Notes: a model not told the origin generated them from the sequence alone. DNA of 64,000 bases from an uncultured bacterium (GCA_963780225.1 CAWAAX010000004.1:96001-160000); one strand, 5' to 3'. Shown: positions 1 to 10,297, numbered from the stretch's first letter. Translations and numbers: made by a program.

Positions 1-1
1 T

Positions 2-3000
2 CTGGCCAATATCCATGGTTTCGGGACGGCCCTGGCCGAGGCCTTTGAGGGGATGGATGCCATTGCCAATTCCTCGTCCCTGGTGACTGGGAACAGTCAG
101 GAATACAAACAGGTGATCGCCCGGGCCGAGCAGCAGTTGAAAGGCGCTTTGGATTCCTTTGAAATGGTGGACCAGAGTTATCAGCGGTCGGCGGTGGAGC
201 TCGAGGATCTGTTTACCACCACGGCCGAGCTGGAAAAACTGGCCGGTCTGATGGCCGGGCTGTCAGTCAAGATAAAACAATTAGTGCGCAATGCCGAGAT
301 CCGGGCCTTCCATGCCGGCAGCAAGGGAAAAGGATTCGGAGTGATCGCCGAGAACATGAGCCGGTTGGCCGGGGAGATGGAGAACACGGCCTCCCTGGTC
401 CCCAACTTGACGGCGGGAGTCAAAAACAAGATCCAACAGATGACCTCCGGGGTGCTGGAATCCCGGCACCTGGTGGATGGGCTGAAATCCCAGGCCGAAC
501 AGGTTAAGGACAAACTCAATTCCCTGTACCAGTCCAATCAGGAAATGGTGGAGGACTTTGACCGGATAGGCCTGATGGTCAAAGAACAGCGGGAGTTGGA
601 GAATAAATTAGTGGGGGGATTGAAAAACATTACCCAGAGTGCCGAGGGACTGTCGGTCTCTCAGGAAGTGTCGGCCCTGGTGCTCTCAACCGAAACCGGC
701 GAAATGGGACAGGTGGAGTTTTCCAAAAACCAGATGGACGAAGCCTTAGGCTTATGGGAAACTGCCGGCAACCCGGCCGCCCTCCACGAGGCCCGGAACA
801 ACTGGATAATGCTTAAGGCCAAACTGCAGGTGGCCTCCGAACGTTGGCGTGACCTGCAGTCCACCATCGACGAGCAGAAAACGGCGCTGGAGGCCGAGGA
901 AGAGCTGGCCGGGACCCTATGGCAAAATCTGGAGGCTTTGTTCGAAAATATCAACCGTATCAAGTCCAGCCTGGATGGGATGGGCAAAACCATCGGCCGC
1001 AATCGCCAGGATTTTGACGAAATGAACAGCGGGCTTACCAAATCATTTGATGATCTGGCCCGGGTAAAGACCTGGCTGGATGAGTTTGAGGCGGACCGGG
1101 AAGGGATGGAAGGTAAATTAGGGGAGATATCCCAGATCGGCACGGCCATCAAGGATTTTACCGAACAGATAAAACTGCTTTCATTTTACGCCGCGGTGGA
1201 AGTGGCCGAGATGGGCCAGGGCGAAGGAGATTTCGGGGGAATTGTAGCCCAGGCCCAGTCCCTTTCCCAGCAGGCGGCCGCCGACTCGGCCAGGATAGAT
1301 CCTCTTTTAAAGCAGGTCACCGGGCAGTTCATCCAGACCAGCGGAACCATCCGGCAGACACAGAAGATCATGGTTACCAGCCTGGAATCAATATCCCAGG
1401 CCAAGAAATCCCTGGACCTCACCCGGGAATCGGGAGGAGGGCTGGAGCAGATAGTGGCCGGGGCCGGATCGGGCATCGACCGCCAGCAATCGCTCCACCA
1501 GGACATTTTCCGCCGCTATAGTCAGTACAGCCAGAGCTACACGGAAGTGGCGGCCAAGCTGCAGGGTTTCTCGGGATTTTTGCTGAAAGGCCGGGAAGCT
1601 CTGGCTTGGTTCGAACGAATGGGTTCATTGGGCCGGGCGGAAATTGAATCGGCCGGGTTGAAAAATTACATCGGTGGCCAAATGAAGGTGGACATCAATT
1701 CCGATCCCATCACCCTGGACCCGGTGATGATGACCGATGCTACCTCCAACAAAATAGCGGCTCAGATATTTGAAGGCCTGGTCCAGTTCGGCGGCGGAGC
1801 CAGCGTGATCCCGTCCATCGCCTGGCGCTGGAAGATCTCTCCGGACGGATTAAGCTGGACATTTTATCTCCACCGGGGAATAAAATTCAGCCATGGGCGG
1901 GAACTGATTGCTTCGGACGTGAAATATTCCCTGGAGAGGCTCCTAAGCCCCAAGATAAAATCGCCCAACCAGGCTTTTGTGGAGATGATTAAAGGCTCCT
2001 CCGAATACAGCCAGGGCAAAGCCAAAGAGGTGGCTGGGCTGCAGGTCATAGATCAGTATGCCATTAAAATCGTGCTTCAGTTTCCCTTTATGCCATTCCT
2101 CTCCAATCTGGCCTGCACCATGGCCGCCATCGTTCCCCGGGAATTGGTGGAGGATGGCGCCCAGGATTTCTCCCGCCATCCGGTGGGCTCGGGACCGTTC
2201 ACCTTAAAATCCTGGGAACCTGGAAAGGTGCTGGAGCTGGAGCCCAATCCCCATTACCACGAGCGCCGGATATCGCTGTCCGGTATAAAATATTCCATCG
2301 ACCTGAATGACAGCCAGAAAGCGGAGGCCCTGGCTTCGGGCCGGCTGGATATCACCGACGTCAACAGCCTGCAGCGCCGGGCACTTTCCCCGGACCGCAG
2401 CCTGAAGGTGATAACCCTGCCCCTGCTTGATGTGCAGTATCTTTGCATCAATGTTTCCAGGGTTTCGCCCTTTGCCGATTTAAGGGTGCGCCAGGCCCTG
2501 AACTACGCCATCGACAAGAAAGCGCTGATCGAAACCACCGAGCTGGCGGGGGATGCGGTGGCGGCCAAAGGAGTTTTCCCCCCGGAACTCTGGGCCTACA
2601 ATCCCAACTTGGCCGGGTACATCTATAATCCCGACCGGGCCAAAAAACTTTTAGCCGAAGCCGGCTACTCCGGAGGCCTGCCCGGGGAATACCTGCTGGA
2701 TATCCGGGACAGCAAGGCTCAAATACAAAGGGCCGAGATCGTCAGCCAAAACTGCAGAGAAGTGGGCATCAACATCAAGATCAATTCGCTAAGCTGGAAA
2801 ACCCTGCTGGAAAAAACCTACAGCTGCCAGTCTCAATTGTCGTTCAACGGCTGGTCCTCGGATAACGGCGATCCCGATAATTTCCTATATCCCCTGTTCC
2901 ATTCCAAGAACACCGGCCGGGCCGGTAATGTGGCCTTCTTCAAGTCACCGGCCATAGATGAAATGCTGGACGATGCTGTTACCATCCGCGACCCCGGCCA

Positions 3001-3166
3001 ACGTTTGCTGCGCTACCGCAAGATTGAGGAGATGATCGTGCAGGAGGCCCCCTGGGTGTTCATGTATCACACGGTAAAATCCACGGCGGTCAGAAATACC
3101 GTTCACGGATTCCGGCCCCGGCCCTTCGGCTCCGAGCTGTATAAACACTGCTGGATGGAGAACTAA
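2..3166 (+). CDS. 5'-truncated chemoreceptor-like protein: two MCP-signal-like coiled-coil domains fused to a C-terminal family-5 (OppA/DppA-type) solute-binding domain
   Basis: Frame is open from base 2 (LANIHGFG...), so the start lies outside the window. MCP hairpin-tip-like motifs NAEIRAFHAGSKGKGFGVIAENMSRLA (~290) and LLSFYAAVEVAEMGQGEGDFGGIV (~1175). SBP_bac_5 motifs DPITLDP, WKISPDGLSWTFYLHRGIKFSHG, PVGSGPF, VRQALNYAIDK. Confidence 0.8.
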   Translation: MANIHGFGTALAEAFEGMDAIANSSSLVTGNSQEYKQVIARAEQQLKGALDSFEMVDQSYQRSAVELEDLFTTTAELEKLAGLMAGLSVKIKQLVRNAEIRAFHAGSKGKGFGVIAENMSRLAGEMENTASLVPNLTAGVKNKIQQMTSGVLESRHLVDGLKSQAEQVKDKLNSLYQSNQEMVEDFDRIGLMVKEQRELENKLVGGLKNITQSAEGLSVSQEVSALVLSTETGEMGQVEFSKNQMDEALGLWETAGNPAALHEARNNWIMLKAKLQVASERWRDLQSTIDEQKTALEAEEELAGTLWQNLEALFENINRIKSSLDGMGKTIGRNRQDFDEMNSGLTKSFDDLARVKTWLDEFEADREGMEGKLGEISQIGTAIKDFTEQIKLLSFYAAVEVAEMGQGEGDFGGIVAQAQSLSQQAAADSARIDPLLKQVTGQFIQTSGTIRQTQKIMVTSLESISQAKKSLDLTRESGGGLEQIVAGAGSGIDRQQSLHQDIFRRYSQYSQSYTEVAAKLQGFSGFLLKGREALAWFERMGSLGRAEIESAGLKNYIGGQMKVDINSDPITLDPVMMTDATSNKIAAQIFEGLVQFGGGASVIPSIAWRWKISPDGLSWTFYLHRGIKFSHGRELIASDVKYSLERLLSPKIKSPNQAFVEMIKGSSEYSQGKAKEVAGLQVIDQYAIKIVLQFPFMPFLSNLACTMAAIVPRELVEDGAQDFSRHPVGSGPFTLKSWEPGKVLELEPNPHYHERRISLSGIKYSIDLNDSQKAEALASGRLDITDVNSLQRRALSPDRSLKVITLPLLDVQYLCINVSRVSPFADLRVRQALNYAIDKKALIETTELAGDAVAAKGVFPPELWAYNPNLAGYIYNPDRAKKLLAEAGYSGGLPGEYLLDIRDSKAQIQRAEIVSQNCREVGINIKINSLSWKTLLEKTYSCQSQLSFNGWSSDNGDPDNFLYPLFHSKNTGRAGNVAFFKSPAIDEMLDDAVTIRDPGQRLLRYRKIEEMIVQEAPWVFMYHTVKSTAVRNTVHGFRPRPFGSELYKHCWMEN

Positions 3167-3184
3167 AGACAACGTACATTAATT

Positions 3185-3226
3185 TTCAAAATGTAAATTG
3201 TAAATTGCAAATCGTAAATTGAATTG
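3185..3226. repeat. Intergenic heptamer tandem repeat (TGTAAAT-like, about 5 units)
   Basis: ttcaaaa-tgtaaat-tgtaaat-tgcaaat-cgtaaat-tgaattg read directly. Confidence 0.8.
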
Positions 3227-3231
3227 TTTAC

Positions 3232-4212
3232 ATGCCGGATGAACTTAAGATAATAACCGTAACCGTTTCCTCCGCCCAAAGCCGGGTGCGGCTGGACCGG
3301 TACCTAAGCTGCCAGGGAATGAACTATTCCCGCAATCAGCTGCAGAAGTTCATTGAATCCGGGCGGGTGCTGGTGGACGGAAAACTTAAACCCCCCGGCT
3401 ATCTGGTGAAACCCGGCGACGAGATCGAGATCAAAAAGGACCAGCTGGCCGCCCCCCGGCGGGAGGTGCTGGCTGAGGATATCCCCCTGGACGTGGTATA
3501 CGAGGACCAGGACCTGATGGTGATCAACAAGCCGGCCGGGATGGTGGTCCACCCGGCGGCCGGCAACCGCCAGGGGACCATGGTCAACGCCCTTCTTTTC
3601 CATGCCCAAAACCTTTCCCAGGTGGGGGGGCGGGAGCGGCCCGGCATAGTGCACCGGCTGGACAAAGAGACCTCAGGTCTGTTATTGGTGGCCAAAACCG
3701 ACCAGGCCCATACCCTGCTGGCCCGCCAGTTGGAGGCCCGCAAAATAGTTCGCCGCTACCGGGCGGTGGTCTGGGGAGTTTTTGGGGAACCCCAGGGCAT
3801 TATTTCGGCTCCAATAGGAAGATCGGCCTTCGACCGAAAAAAAATGGACGTCACACGCTTAAGGGGCCGGCAGGCGGTCACCCATTACAAGGTTTTAAAG
3901 GAATACCAGATCGCCTCGCTGGTGGAGCTGAAACTGGAGACCGGCCGCACCCACCAGATAAGGGTGCATCTGCAGCATTTGGAGCATCCGGTGCTGGGGG
4001 ACCCGGATTACGGAGGCCGTTCCAGGTCACTGTTCTCCCAGTTCGCCTCCGCCGATCCAAAACTGGCCCAGGAACTGCTGGAGGTCATTGACCGCCAGGC
4101 ACTGCACGCAGCCGTGCTGGGGTTCGTTCATCCCTCCACCGGCAAATACCTGGAGTTCAAGGCTCCGCTACCCGGGGATATGGAGGAGGTTTTAAGGCTG
4201 CTGGAACGCTGA
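3232..4212 (+). CDS. rluD: RluA-family 23S rRNA pseudouridine synthase (RluD type, N-terminal S4 domain)
   Basis: RLDRYL S4 start, NKPAGMVVHP, GIVHRLDKETSG catalytic motif, LETGRTHQIRVH, RQALHA. Confidence 0.9.
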   Translation: MPDELKIITVTVSSAQSRVRLDRYLSCQGMNYSRNQLQKFIESGRVLVDGKLKPPGYLVKPGDEIEIKKDQLAAPRREVLAEDIPLDVVYEDQDLMVINKPAGMVVHPAAGNRQGTMVNALLFHAQNLSQVGGRERPGIVHRLDKETSGLLLVAKTDQAHTLLARQLEARKIVRRYRAVVWGVFGEPQGIISAPIGRSAFDRKKMDVTRLRGRQAVTHYKVLKEYQIASLVELKLETGRTHQIRVHLQHLEHPVLGDPDYGGRSRSLFSQFASADPKLAQELLEVIDRQALHAAVLGFVHPSTGKYLEFKAPLPGDMEEVLRLLER

Positions 4213-4296
4213 TGGTTAAAAGGTTTCTCCTATGACAGCTTTCACCTGGTATTACTTGAATGATCGTAAATAGCATCTGTCCAAACCGGTTAACAC

Positions 4297-4326
4297 TTGA
4301 CAAATAGTTACCAATCCTGTTATATT
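4297..4326 (+). promoter_or_regulatory. Putative sigma70 promoter for the OmpA-domain gene
   Basis: TTGACA-18 nt-TATATT with TG extended -10. Confidence 0.55.
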
Positions 4327-4373
4327 TAACATTTAAGGCATTTTGAAAACCCTAAAATTTTGGAGGCTTAAAA

Positions 4374-6365
4374 ATGAGGATCAACAGATTATTAGTCTTA
4401 TTTCTGATAATGCTGGCCGGGGCCGGGCTGGCTCAGGCTTATCGTCCCCCGGCCTTTGACGGCGGCTGCGGATTGTTCAAGGTCTCCTCGGCCCGGACCA
4501 TGGGCAAAGGGATGATGTCGGTGGGTTTTCTGCAGTCCGACTTCACCGGAATGGACATGATAAAAGGAAATCCCTTTTATCAGGGCGACACCACCACCAA
4601 GAACGGCGAGCCGGACAAGCATTACCGGGGCATGCTTAGGCTGATGATAACCTATGCCCCGCTGGACTTCTTTGAGTTTTCTATGGGTCCCAGGATCTAC
4701 GCCACGTACGACCGGCATTCCAACGTAGAGGGCCGTTACGACGGACTCAATTACGACCTGGCTTTGTTCTGGGTGCAGGATGTGCTGATCAAGACCAAAT
4801 TTAGTTATTCTTCAAAGGAATACGGCGGAGCGCCTTTCTCCTACGCAGTAGGCGCGGAGCCGTTCGTTTCGATAGGGCTTCCGGTAACAGCGGCCTACAT
4901 GTACACAGACAACACCGCGGCCCCCGAGTATCCGGATTCTAACCTGGTGGCCCACGGCTTTACCGAACTTGTCGCCCACAACCCGGATTTCGGTGCCAAA
5001 CTTTTGGGTACACTGACATTGGGCCCGGCCTCATTGCATGGCAACCTGGGTTTTTTAAAGCCCGGCAATGCCAAACCGGGATATGTCATCAATTATGACA
5101 CCTTGGTCTTAGCCAACCCCGATACCAGTATTACTAATAATAGCGCCCTATATGATACAACTGATCCCGCCAGCTGGGTTAACCCGGCCGAACCTGGCAC
5201 CGTGACCCGGGAAAATCAGGTCTTGTGGGGAGCGGGGATTGAAGTGGCCGCTGGTCCCTATGTCACGTTCTTAGTTGAAGCTTCGGGGGAAAAGGCCAAA
5301 AGCCAGACCTTTACCTGGGGCAGTCCCTCGCGCATTACTCCCGGCATCCGCTTTAACACCCCCGGCGGTTTTACCATGGACGGCGGCTGCGAATTCAAAC
5401 TTTTCAATGGCTCCACCTCGCCCAACTGGAATGCGGTATTCGGGTTCTCGGTTACCTCGGGTACCATCAAGAAGTTCACGCCTCCTCCGGTTACCGCCAT
5501 TGCCGGAAAGGTAATGATCGCCGGCACCGATTCCATGCTTGATGCCACGCTGACTTCGCCCGCCATCAACAATGGTGCGCCTATCATGCTGAAACCGGAC
5601 GGCAGTTATTCCATCAACGTGCCAGCCGGAACTTACCGGGTCCGGGCCACGGCCGGAGATTCTTTCCTGTGGCAGGAAAAGGCGGTGACCATCACCGCCG
5701 GCCAGACCATGATAGTGGATTTCGGACTGCGGCGCAAGGAATTCCCCAAGGGCAACATCACCGGCAAGATTGTAGACAGCAAGACCGGTAACGCCATGGG
5801 GGCCACCATCAGTGTCTTTGGACCCGACAAGGTAATGGTAGGAACTCCGGCGGTCAGCGACCTGCTGAACGGAATATTCTCCATTAACCTGCCCCCCAAT
5901 ATCTACATGGTGCAGGTCCAGGCCGACGGATACAACACCGAGACCGCACCGGTGCCGGTCAATGACAAGCAGACCTTCATTCAGAATTTTTCGCTTAGGG
6001 CCATTCCCAAGAAGGGCGAGAAAGTGGTCTTGAACGGCATCAAGTTCAAGACCAACCGGGCCGACATCATTCCGTCCTCCTACAGCATCCTGGACGAAGC
6101 CGCCAAGATGCTGAAGAACAACCCCACCATCAAGGTGGAGATCGGCGGCCATACCGACAGCCGGGGCAGCGACGCCAAGAACCAGAGGCTGTCCGAGGCC
6201 CGGGCGGTGTCGGTGCGCAATTACCTGATCAACAACCAGGGCATTTCCGGGGACCGGCTGACCGCCAAAGGCTACGGGGAATCACTGCCCATAGCCAGCA
6301 ACAAGACGGTCAAGGGCCGGGCGGAGAACCGGAGGATAGAGTTCGTGGTAATGAGCCAGCAGTGA
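4374..6365 (+). CDS. OmpA-family outer-membrane protein (signal peptide, probable beta-barrel, two carboxypeptidase-regulatory-like repeats, C-terminal OmpA domain)
   Basis: Signal peptide MRINRLLVLFLIMLAGAGLAQA; two repeats of the form I.GK.....G.(Y/F)SIN.P...Y.V; C-terminal IGGHTDSRGSDAKNQRLSEARA...GRAENRRIEF. Confidence 0.85.
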   Translation: MRINRLLVLFLIMLAGAGLAQAYRPPAFDGGCGLFKVSSARTMGKGMMSVGFLQSDFTGMDMIKGNPFYQGDTTTKNGEPDKHYRGMLRLMITYAPLDFFEFSMGPRIYATYDRHSNVEGRYDGLNYDLALFWVQDVLIKTKFSYSSKEYGGAPFSYAVGAEPFVSIGLPVTAAYMYTDNTAAPEYPDSNLVAHGFTELVAHNPDFGAKLLGTLTLGPASLHGNLGFLKPGNAKPGYVINYDTLVLANPDTSITNNSALYDTTDPASWVNPAEPGTVTRENQVLWGAGIEVAAGPYVTFLVEASGEKAKSQTFTWGSPSRITPGIRFNTPGGFTMDGGCEFKLFNGSTSPNWNAVFGFSVTSGTIKKFTPPPVTAIAGKVMIAGTDSMLDATLTSPAINNGAPIMLKPDGSYSINVPAGTYRVRATAGDSFLWQEKAVTITAGQTMIVDFGLRRKEFPKGNITGKIVDSKTGNAMGATISVFGPDKVMVGTPAVSDLLNGIFSINLPPNIYMVQVQADGYNTETAPVPVNDKQTFIQNFSLRAIPKKGEKVVLNGIKFKTNRADIIPSSYSILDEAAKMLKNNPTIKVEIGGHTDSRGSDAKNQRLSEARAVSVRNYLINNQGISGDRLTAKGYGESLPIASNKTVKGRAENRRIEFVVMSQQ

Positions 6366-6427
6366 TCGGGGTCCACCGATTACTCCACAGAGACACAAAG
6401 GCACAGAGAGTATAAACATTTCTCTGG

Positions 6428-6464
6428 AAAAAGCGGCGCTTACAAAGTTAAGCGCCGCTTTTTT
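6428..6464. terminator. Intrinsic (possibly bidirectional) terminator
   Basis: aagcggcgctta-caaagt-taagcgccgctt 12-bp stem flanked by A and T tracts. Confidence 0.8.
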
Positions 6465-6542
6465 GTTTGACAATCGCACTGTTTTTGCGGTATCATTAAA
6501 GGTTATAAAGGGTAATTCCAACAATTTACAGGGTTTCCGCTG

Positions 6543-7796
6543 ATGAAACAAATAGCTTTTTTCGAGGACGAGGGCTATAAAGGCCTCTATCCCCTGACCT
6601 GTCTGCGGCCCGTCTGGGGTATGCTTTTGGGAGGCTATTGCCTGAGGCATTCCTTACTCTTAAGGCTGGGCGCCAAGAAGGCTTATTATTGGGCCCTGCC
6701 CGAGCGTCAGGAGGTGCTGAAGGCCGCCGGACTGGAAGGCCAGGAGATCATTCAGGCCGGGCTTCCCCTGTTCCTGATCAACGGCCGGGCCAGGCTTACT
6801 GCCCGGACCGTGAACTGGCTGGCCAAGGCCGAGACAGACACAGTGATTCTCTCCGGCCGGACGGTGGAGGCCTTCAAGATATTCGATAAAAATCTTTTGG
6901 AACTGGTAAAGAATAGTCAGCCCACTGAAGGCTTCATAAATTCCCTGGTACCCAAAATGCGAAGTTTTGAGACCAAGGATGAGATATTCAGCCATCTGTG
7001 GGAACTGGTCAATTACAACAGCCGGGCTATTGCCGAAGACTTTGAACTTTTCAAGGACGGCGGGGTCAAGCTGACCAAAGGAGTTCACCTGATCGGCAAG
7101 CGCAAGGACGTCAAGATCGGCAAGGGGGCGCAGATCCTGCCGGGGGTGGTGTTGGACGCGACGTTAGGTCCCATCATCATCGACCAGAAAGCTAAGGTAA
7201 ATCCGCCCAGCTACATTCAGGGGCCCTGCTTTATCGGGGCGGAATCATTGATAGACGGGACCAGGCTCCGGCCCGGAGTTTCCATCGGTCACCACTGCAA
7301 GATAGCGGGCGAGCTGGAAGAATCGGTCATCATGCACTATAGCAACAAGCATCACGACGGCTTTCTGGGCCACGCCTATCTCGGTTCCTGGGTCAACCTG
7401 GGGGCCCAGACCTGCAACTCCGACCTCAAGAACAATTACGGCAGCATCACGGTCTGGGCCGACGGTAAATTTGTGGATTCCAAGCAGATCAAGGCCGGCT
7501 GCTACATCGGCGACCACAGCAAGACCGCCATCGGCACCCTGATCAATACCGGGGCGGTGATCGGGACGGCCTGCAACGTCTTCGGCGGCCCGGTCAAAAA
7601 ATACCTGCCGCCCTTCAGCTGGGGGTGCAGTGAAAAGCATTGGGAACACCAGCTGGACAAGGCCCTGGCCACCGCCCGGACGGTGATGGGCCGCCGGGGG
7701 CAGCAGCTTGACAGCTGGCAGGAAAAATTGCTGGGGAAAATATTCACCGAGTCCAAGCCCGACCGGGATAAATTATCGGTGGAGCATAGCAAATGA
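6543..7796 (+). CDS. GlmU-like putative sugar nucleotidyltransferase with left-handed beta-helix
   Basis: FEDEGYKGLYPLT..RP N-terminus, hexapeptide repeats, NKHHDGFLGHAYLGSWVNLGA.TCNSDLKNNY motif. Confidence 0.75.
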   Translation: MKQIAFFEDEGYKGLYPLTCLRPVWGMLLGGYCLRHSLLLRLGAKKAYYWALPERQEVLKAAGLEGQEIIQAGLPLFLINGRARLTARTVNWLAKAETDTVILSGRTVEAFKIFDKNLLELVKNSQPTEGFINSLVPKMRSFETKDEIFSHLWELVNYNSRAIAEDFELFKDGGVKLTKGVHLIGKRKDVKIGKGAQILPGVVLDATLGPIIIDQKAKVNPPSYIQGPCFIGAESLIDGTRLRPGVSIGHHCKIAGELEESVIMHYSNKHHDGFLGHAYLGSWVNLGAQTCNSDLKNNYGSITVWADGKFVDSKQIKAGCYIGDHSKTAIGTLINTGAVIGTACNVFGGPVKKYLPPFSWGCSEKHWEHQLDKALATARTVMGRRGQQLDSWQEKLLGKIFTESKPDRDKLSVEHSK

Positions 7797-10297
7797 AAGC
7801 GGTGATAATGGCCGGAGGTTTCGGGACGCGGCTGCGTCCCCTGACCTGCACCCTGCCCAAACCCATGGTGCCGATGGTCAACCGCCCGATGATGGAGCAC
7901 ATCATCCGGCTGCTGGCCGGGCACGGCATCACCGACATGGTGGTGCTGCTGTTCCACCAGGCCCAGGCCATCTCGGGGCATTTCAAGGACGGGTCCGGTT
8001 ACGGGGTGAATATCGAATACCTGAGGCCCGACGCCGACTACGGCACGGCCGGGGCGGTAGGCATGGCCCGGGACCTGCTGAAGGAGCCGTTCATAGTGAT
8101 CTCCGGCGACCTGCTGACCGATTTTGATCTTTCAGATATAATCAAGAACCACGCCGGCAAAAAAGCCCTGGCCACCATCACTCTGACCCGGGTCCAGAAC
8201 CCGCTGGAATACGGGATCGTGATCACCGATCCGGACGGGCGGATCGTGCGCTTCCTGGAAAAGCCAACCTGGGGCCAGGTATTCTCGGACACCATCAATA
8301 CCGGTATCTATATGTTCCAACCGGAGATCTTTGATCTGATACCAAAGGCCCAGGAATTCGATTTTTCCCAGAACCTGTTCCCGGCACTGCTTCAGAAGAA
8401 CCTGCCGCTTTACGGGCATGTAGCCTCGGGCTACTGGCGGGACGTGGGCAATATCGCGGAATACCGCCAAGCCCACTGGGACGTGCTCAAGGGCAATGTC
8501 AAGGTTGATGTGGACGGCGACAGGCTGAACCTGATCGGCAAGGACATTTGGGTAGGCAAGGGTTCCAGCATCCAGGCCAAAAATACCAACCTTTCCGGGG
8601 CCGTGATCCTGGGCCGAAACGTAAAAGTCGGGGCCGGTACCCATCTTCACGATGTGGTGATCGGCGACAACTGCCAGATCGGCCAGAACGCTTTCATCGA
8701 GCACTCCATCGTCTGGACGGACAGCATCATCGAGGACCGGGCCCGGGTAGCCGGGGCCATAATCTGCGATGGGGTGAAGATTTCCGAAGGCGCGGGAATA
8801 GCGCAGAACGCCATCATCAGCAGCCAGGTTTCCATTGGTGCCCGGGCCCAGGTGCTGGAGAACATCAAGATCTGGCCAGGCAAGGTGGTAGACGAGGATT
8901 CCATCCTGACCTCCAGCCTGATCTGGGGCGACCGCTGGCTGAAGGAATTTTTTGCCGGGCCGAGGGTGACCGGGCTGGCCAACACGGAGATGACGCCGGA
9001 ATTTGCGGCCAAGCTGGGGGCGGCCTACGGAGCGCTGTTGGGACAAGGGGCTTTGGTGGCCACCAGCCGGGACGGGCACCCCGCCAGCCGGATGCTCAAC
9101 CGGGCCCTGCTGTCAGGCTTGCTTTCCTCCGGGGTCAATGCCGAAGACCTGAGGTCCATGCCCATACCCCTGCTGCGCTACCAGCTGAAATCGGGCAAGG
9201 AGATGGGGGGCATCCACGCCCGCAAATCGCCGTTCGATCCAAAATTCGTGGACATCATATTTTTTGACGGAGACGGCAAGGACCTGCCGCCCTCCAAGGT
9301 AAAAAGCCTGGAGCGGCTGTTCCTGCGCGAGGATTTCAAGCGGGCCGAGCCCGACGACACCGGGCTACTGGAATTCCCCGAGCGGACCATCGAAAGCTAC
9401 CGGGAGGGCCTGCTTTCCTACATCGACACCCAGGCCATTAAAACGGCCGGCTTCAAGATAGTGATAGATTACGCCTGCGGGGCGGCGGCCACCATCTTCC
9501 CCTCCATCTTGGGCGAACTGGGACTGGAGGTAGTGGCCCTTAACGCCCAGCTTAATCCCGCCAAAATCACCAAGACCAAGGAGGATTTCGAGCAGTCCCA
9601 GGCCGGGCTGGCCGAGGCGGTGAAGTCGCTCAAGGCCGATATCGGGTTTCTGCTGGACAGCGGGGCCGAGCGGGTGTTTCTGGTGGACGGCCGGGGTAGG
9701 ATACTAAGCGGCGACGAGGCCATGCTGGCCGTTACCCTGCTGGTGCTGAAGAGCCAGAAGATTAAGGCCATGGCCGTGCCGGTGACGGCCTCCCGGGTTA
9801 TCGAAGAGATGGCCCAAAAATACGGGGTCATTGTAAAACGCAGCCGGATAGACAACCGGTCTCTGATGGAGATGGCCTCAGGGGCGGAAGTGGGATTCAT
9901 CGCCAGCCGCCGGGCGGGCTTCATCTTCCCAGAATTCCAACCAGCCTTCGACGCCATGCTGACCGTCTGCAAGATCCTGGAAATGATGGCCTTGTCCAAA
10001 ACGAAGATGGAGGACCTTTATACCGAGATCCCCCAGAGTTTCCTGATCCGGAAGAACATCGTTTGCCACTGGAGCAAGAAGGGAGAGGTGCTGCGGGCGC
10101 TGATCGAGGAGACCAAGGCCCACCGGGAGCGGGAGATGATAGACGGGCTGAAGCTCTTCTTTGGCCGCGACTGGGTGCAGGTGATACCCGATCCCTACCG
10201 GGAGCTGTTCCATGTCAACGCCGAAGCTGACAGCCGGGAGCAGGCGGAGAAGATGGCGGAGGAGTATTTGGGCAAGATAGCGGCCAGACTGGGCTGA
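7793..10297 (+). CDS. Mannose-1-phosphate guanylyltransferase / phosphomannomutase-like fusion protein
   Basis: MKAVIMAGGFGTRLRPLT...PKPMVP NTP-transferase motif, FLEKP, YWRDVG, LbH region, C-terminal PGM/PMM-like fold. ATGA overlap with the upstream gene. Confidence 0.85.
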   Translation: MKAVIMAGGFGTRLRPLTCTLPKPMVPMVNRPMMEHIIRLLAGHGITDMVVLLFHQAQAISGHFKDGSGYGVNIEYLRPDADYGTAGAVGMARDLLKEPFIVISGDLLTDFDLSDIIKNHAGKKALATITLTRVQNPLEYGIVITDPDGRIVRFLEKPTWGQVFSDTINTGIYMFQPEIFDLIPKAQEFDFSQNLFPALLQKNLPLYGHVASGYWRDVGNIAEYRQAHWDVLKGNVKVDVDGDRLNLIGKDIWVGKGSSIQAKNTNLSGAVILGRNVKVGAGTHLHDVVIGDNCQIGQNAFIEHSIVWTDSIIEDRARVAGAIICDGVKISEGAGIAQNAIISSQVSIGARAQVLENIKIWPGKVVDEDSILTSSLIWGDRWLKEFFAGPRVTGLANTEMTPEFAAKLGAAYGALLGQGALVATSRDGHPASRMLNRALLSGLLSSGVNAEDLRSMPIPLLRYQLKSGKEMGGIHARKSPFDPKFVDIIFFDGDGKDLPPSKVKSLERLFLREDFKRAEPDDTGLLEFPERTIESYREGLLSYIDTQAIKTAGFKIVIDYACGAAATIFPSILGELGLEVVALNAQLNPAKITKTKEDFEQSQAGLAEAVKSLKADIGFLLDSGAERVFLVDGRGRILSGDEAMLAVTLLVLKSQKIKAMAVPVTASRVIEEMAQKYGVIVKRSRIDNRSLMEMASGAEVGFIASRRAGFIFPEFQPAFDAMLTVCKILEMMALSKTKMEDLYTEIPQSFLIRKNIVCHWSKKGEVLRALIEETKAHREREMIDGLKLFFGRDWVQVIPDPYRELFHVNAEADSREQAEKMAEEYLGKIAARLG

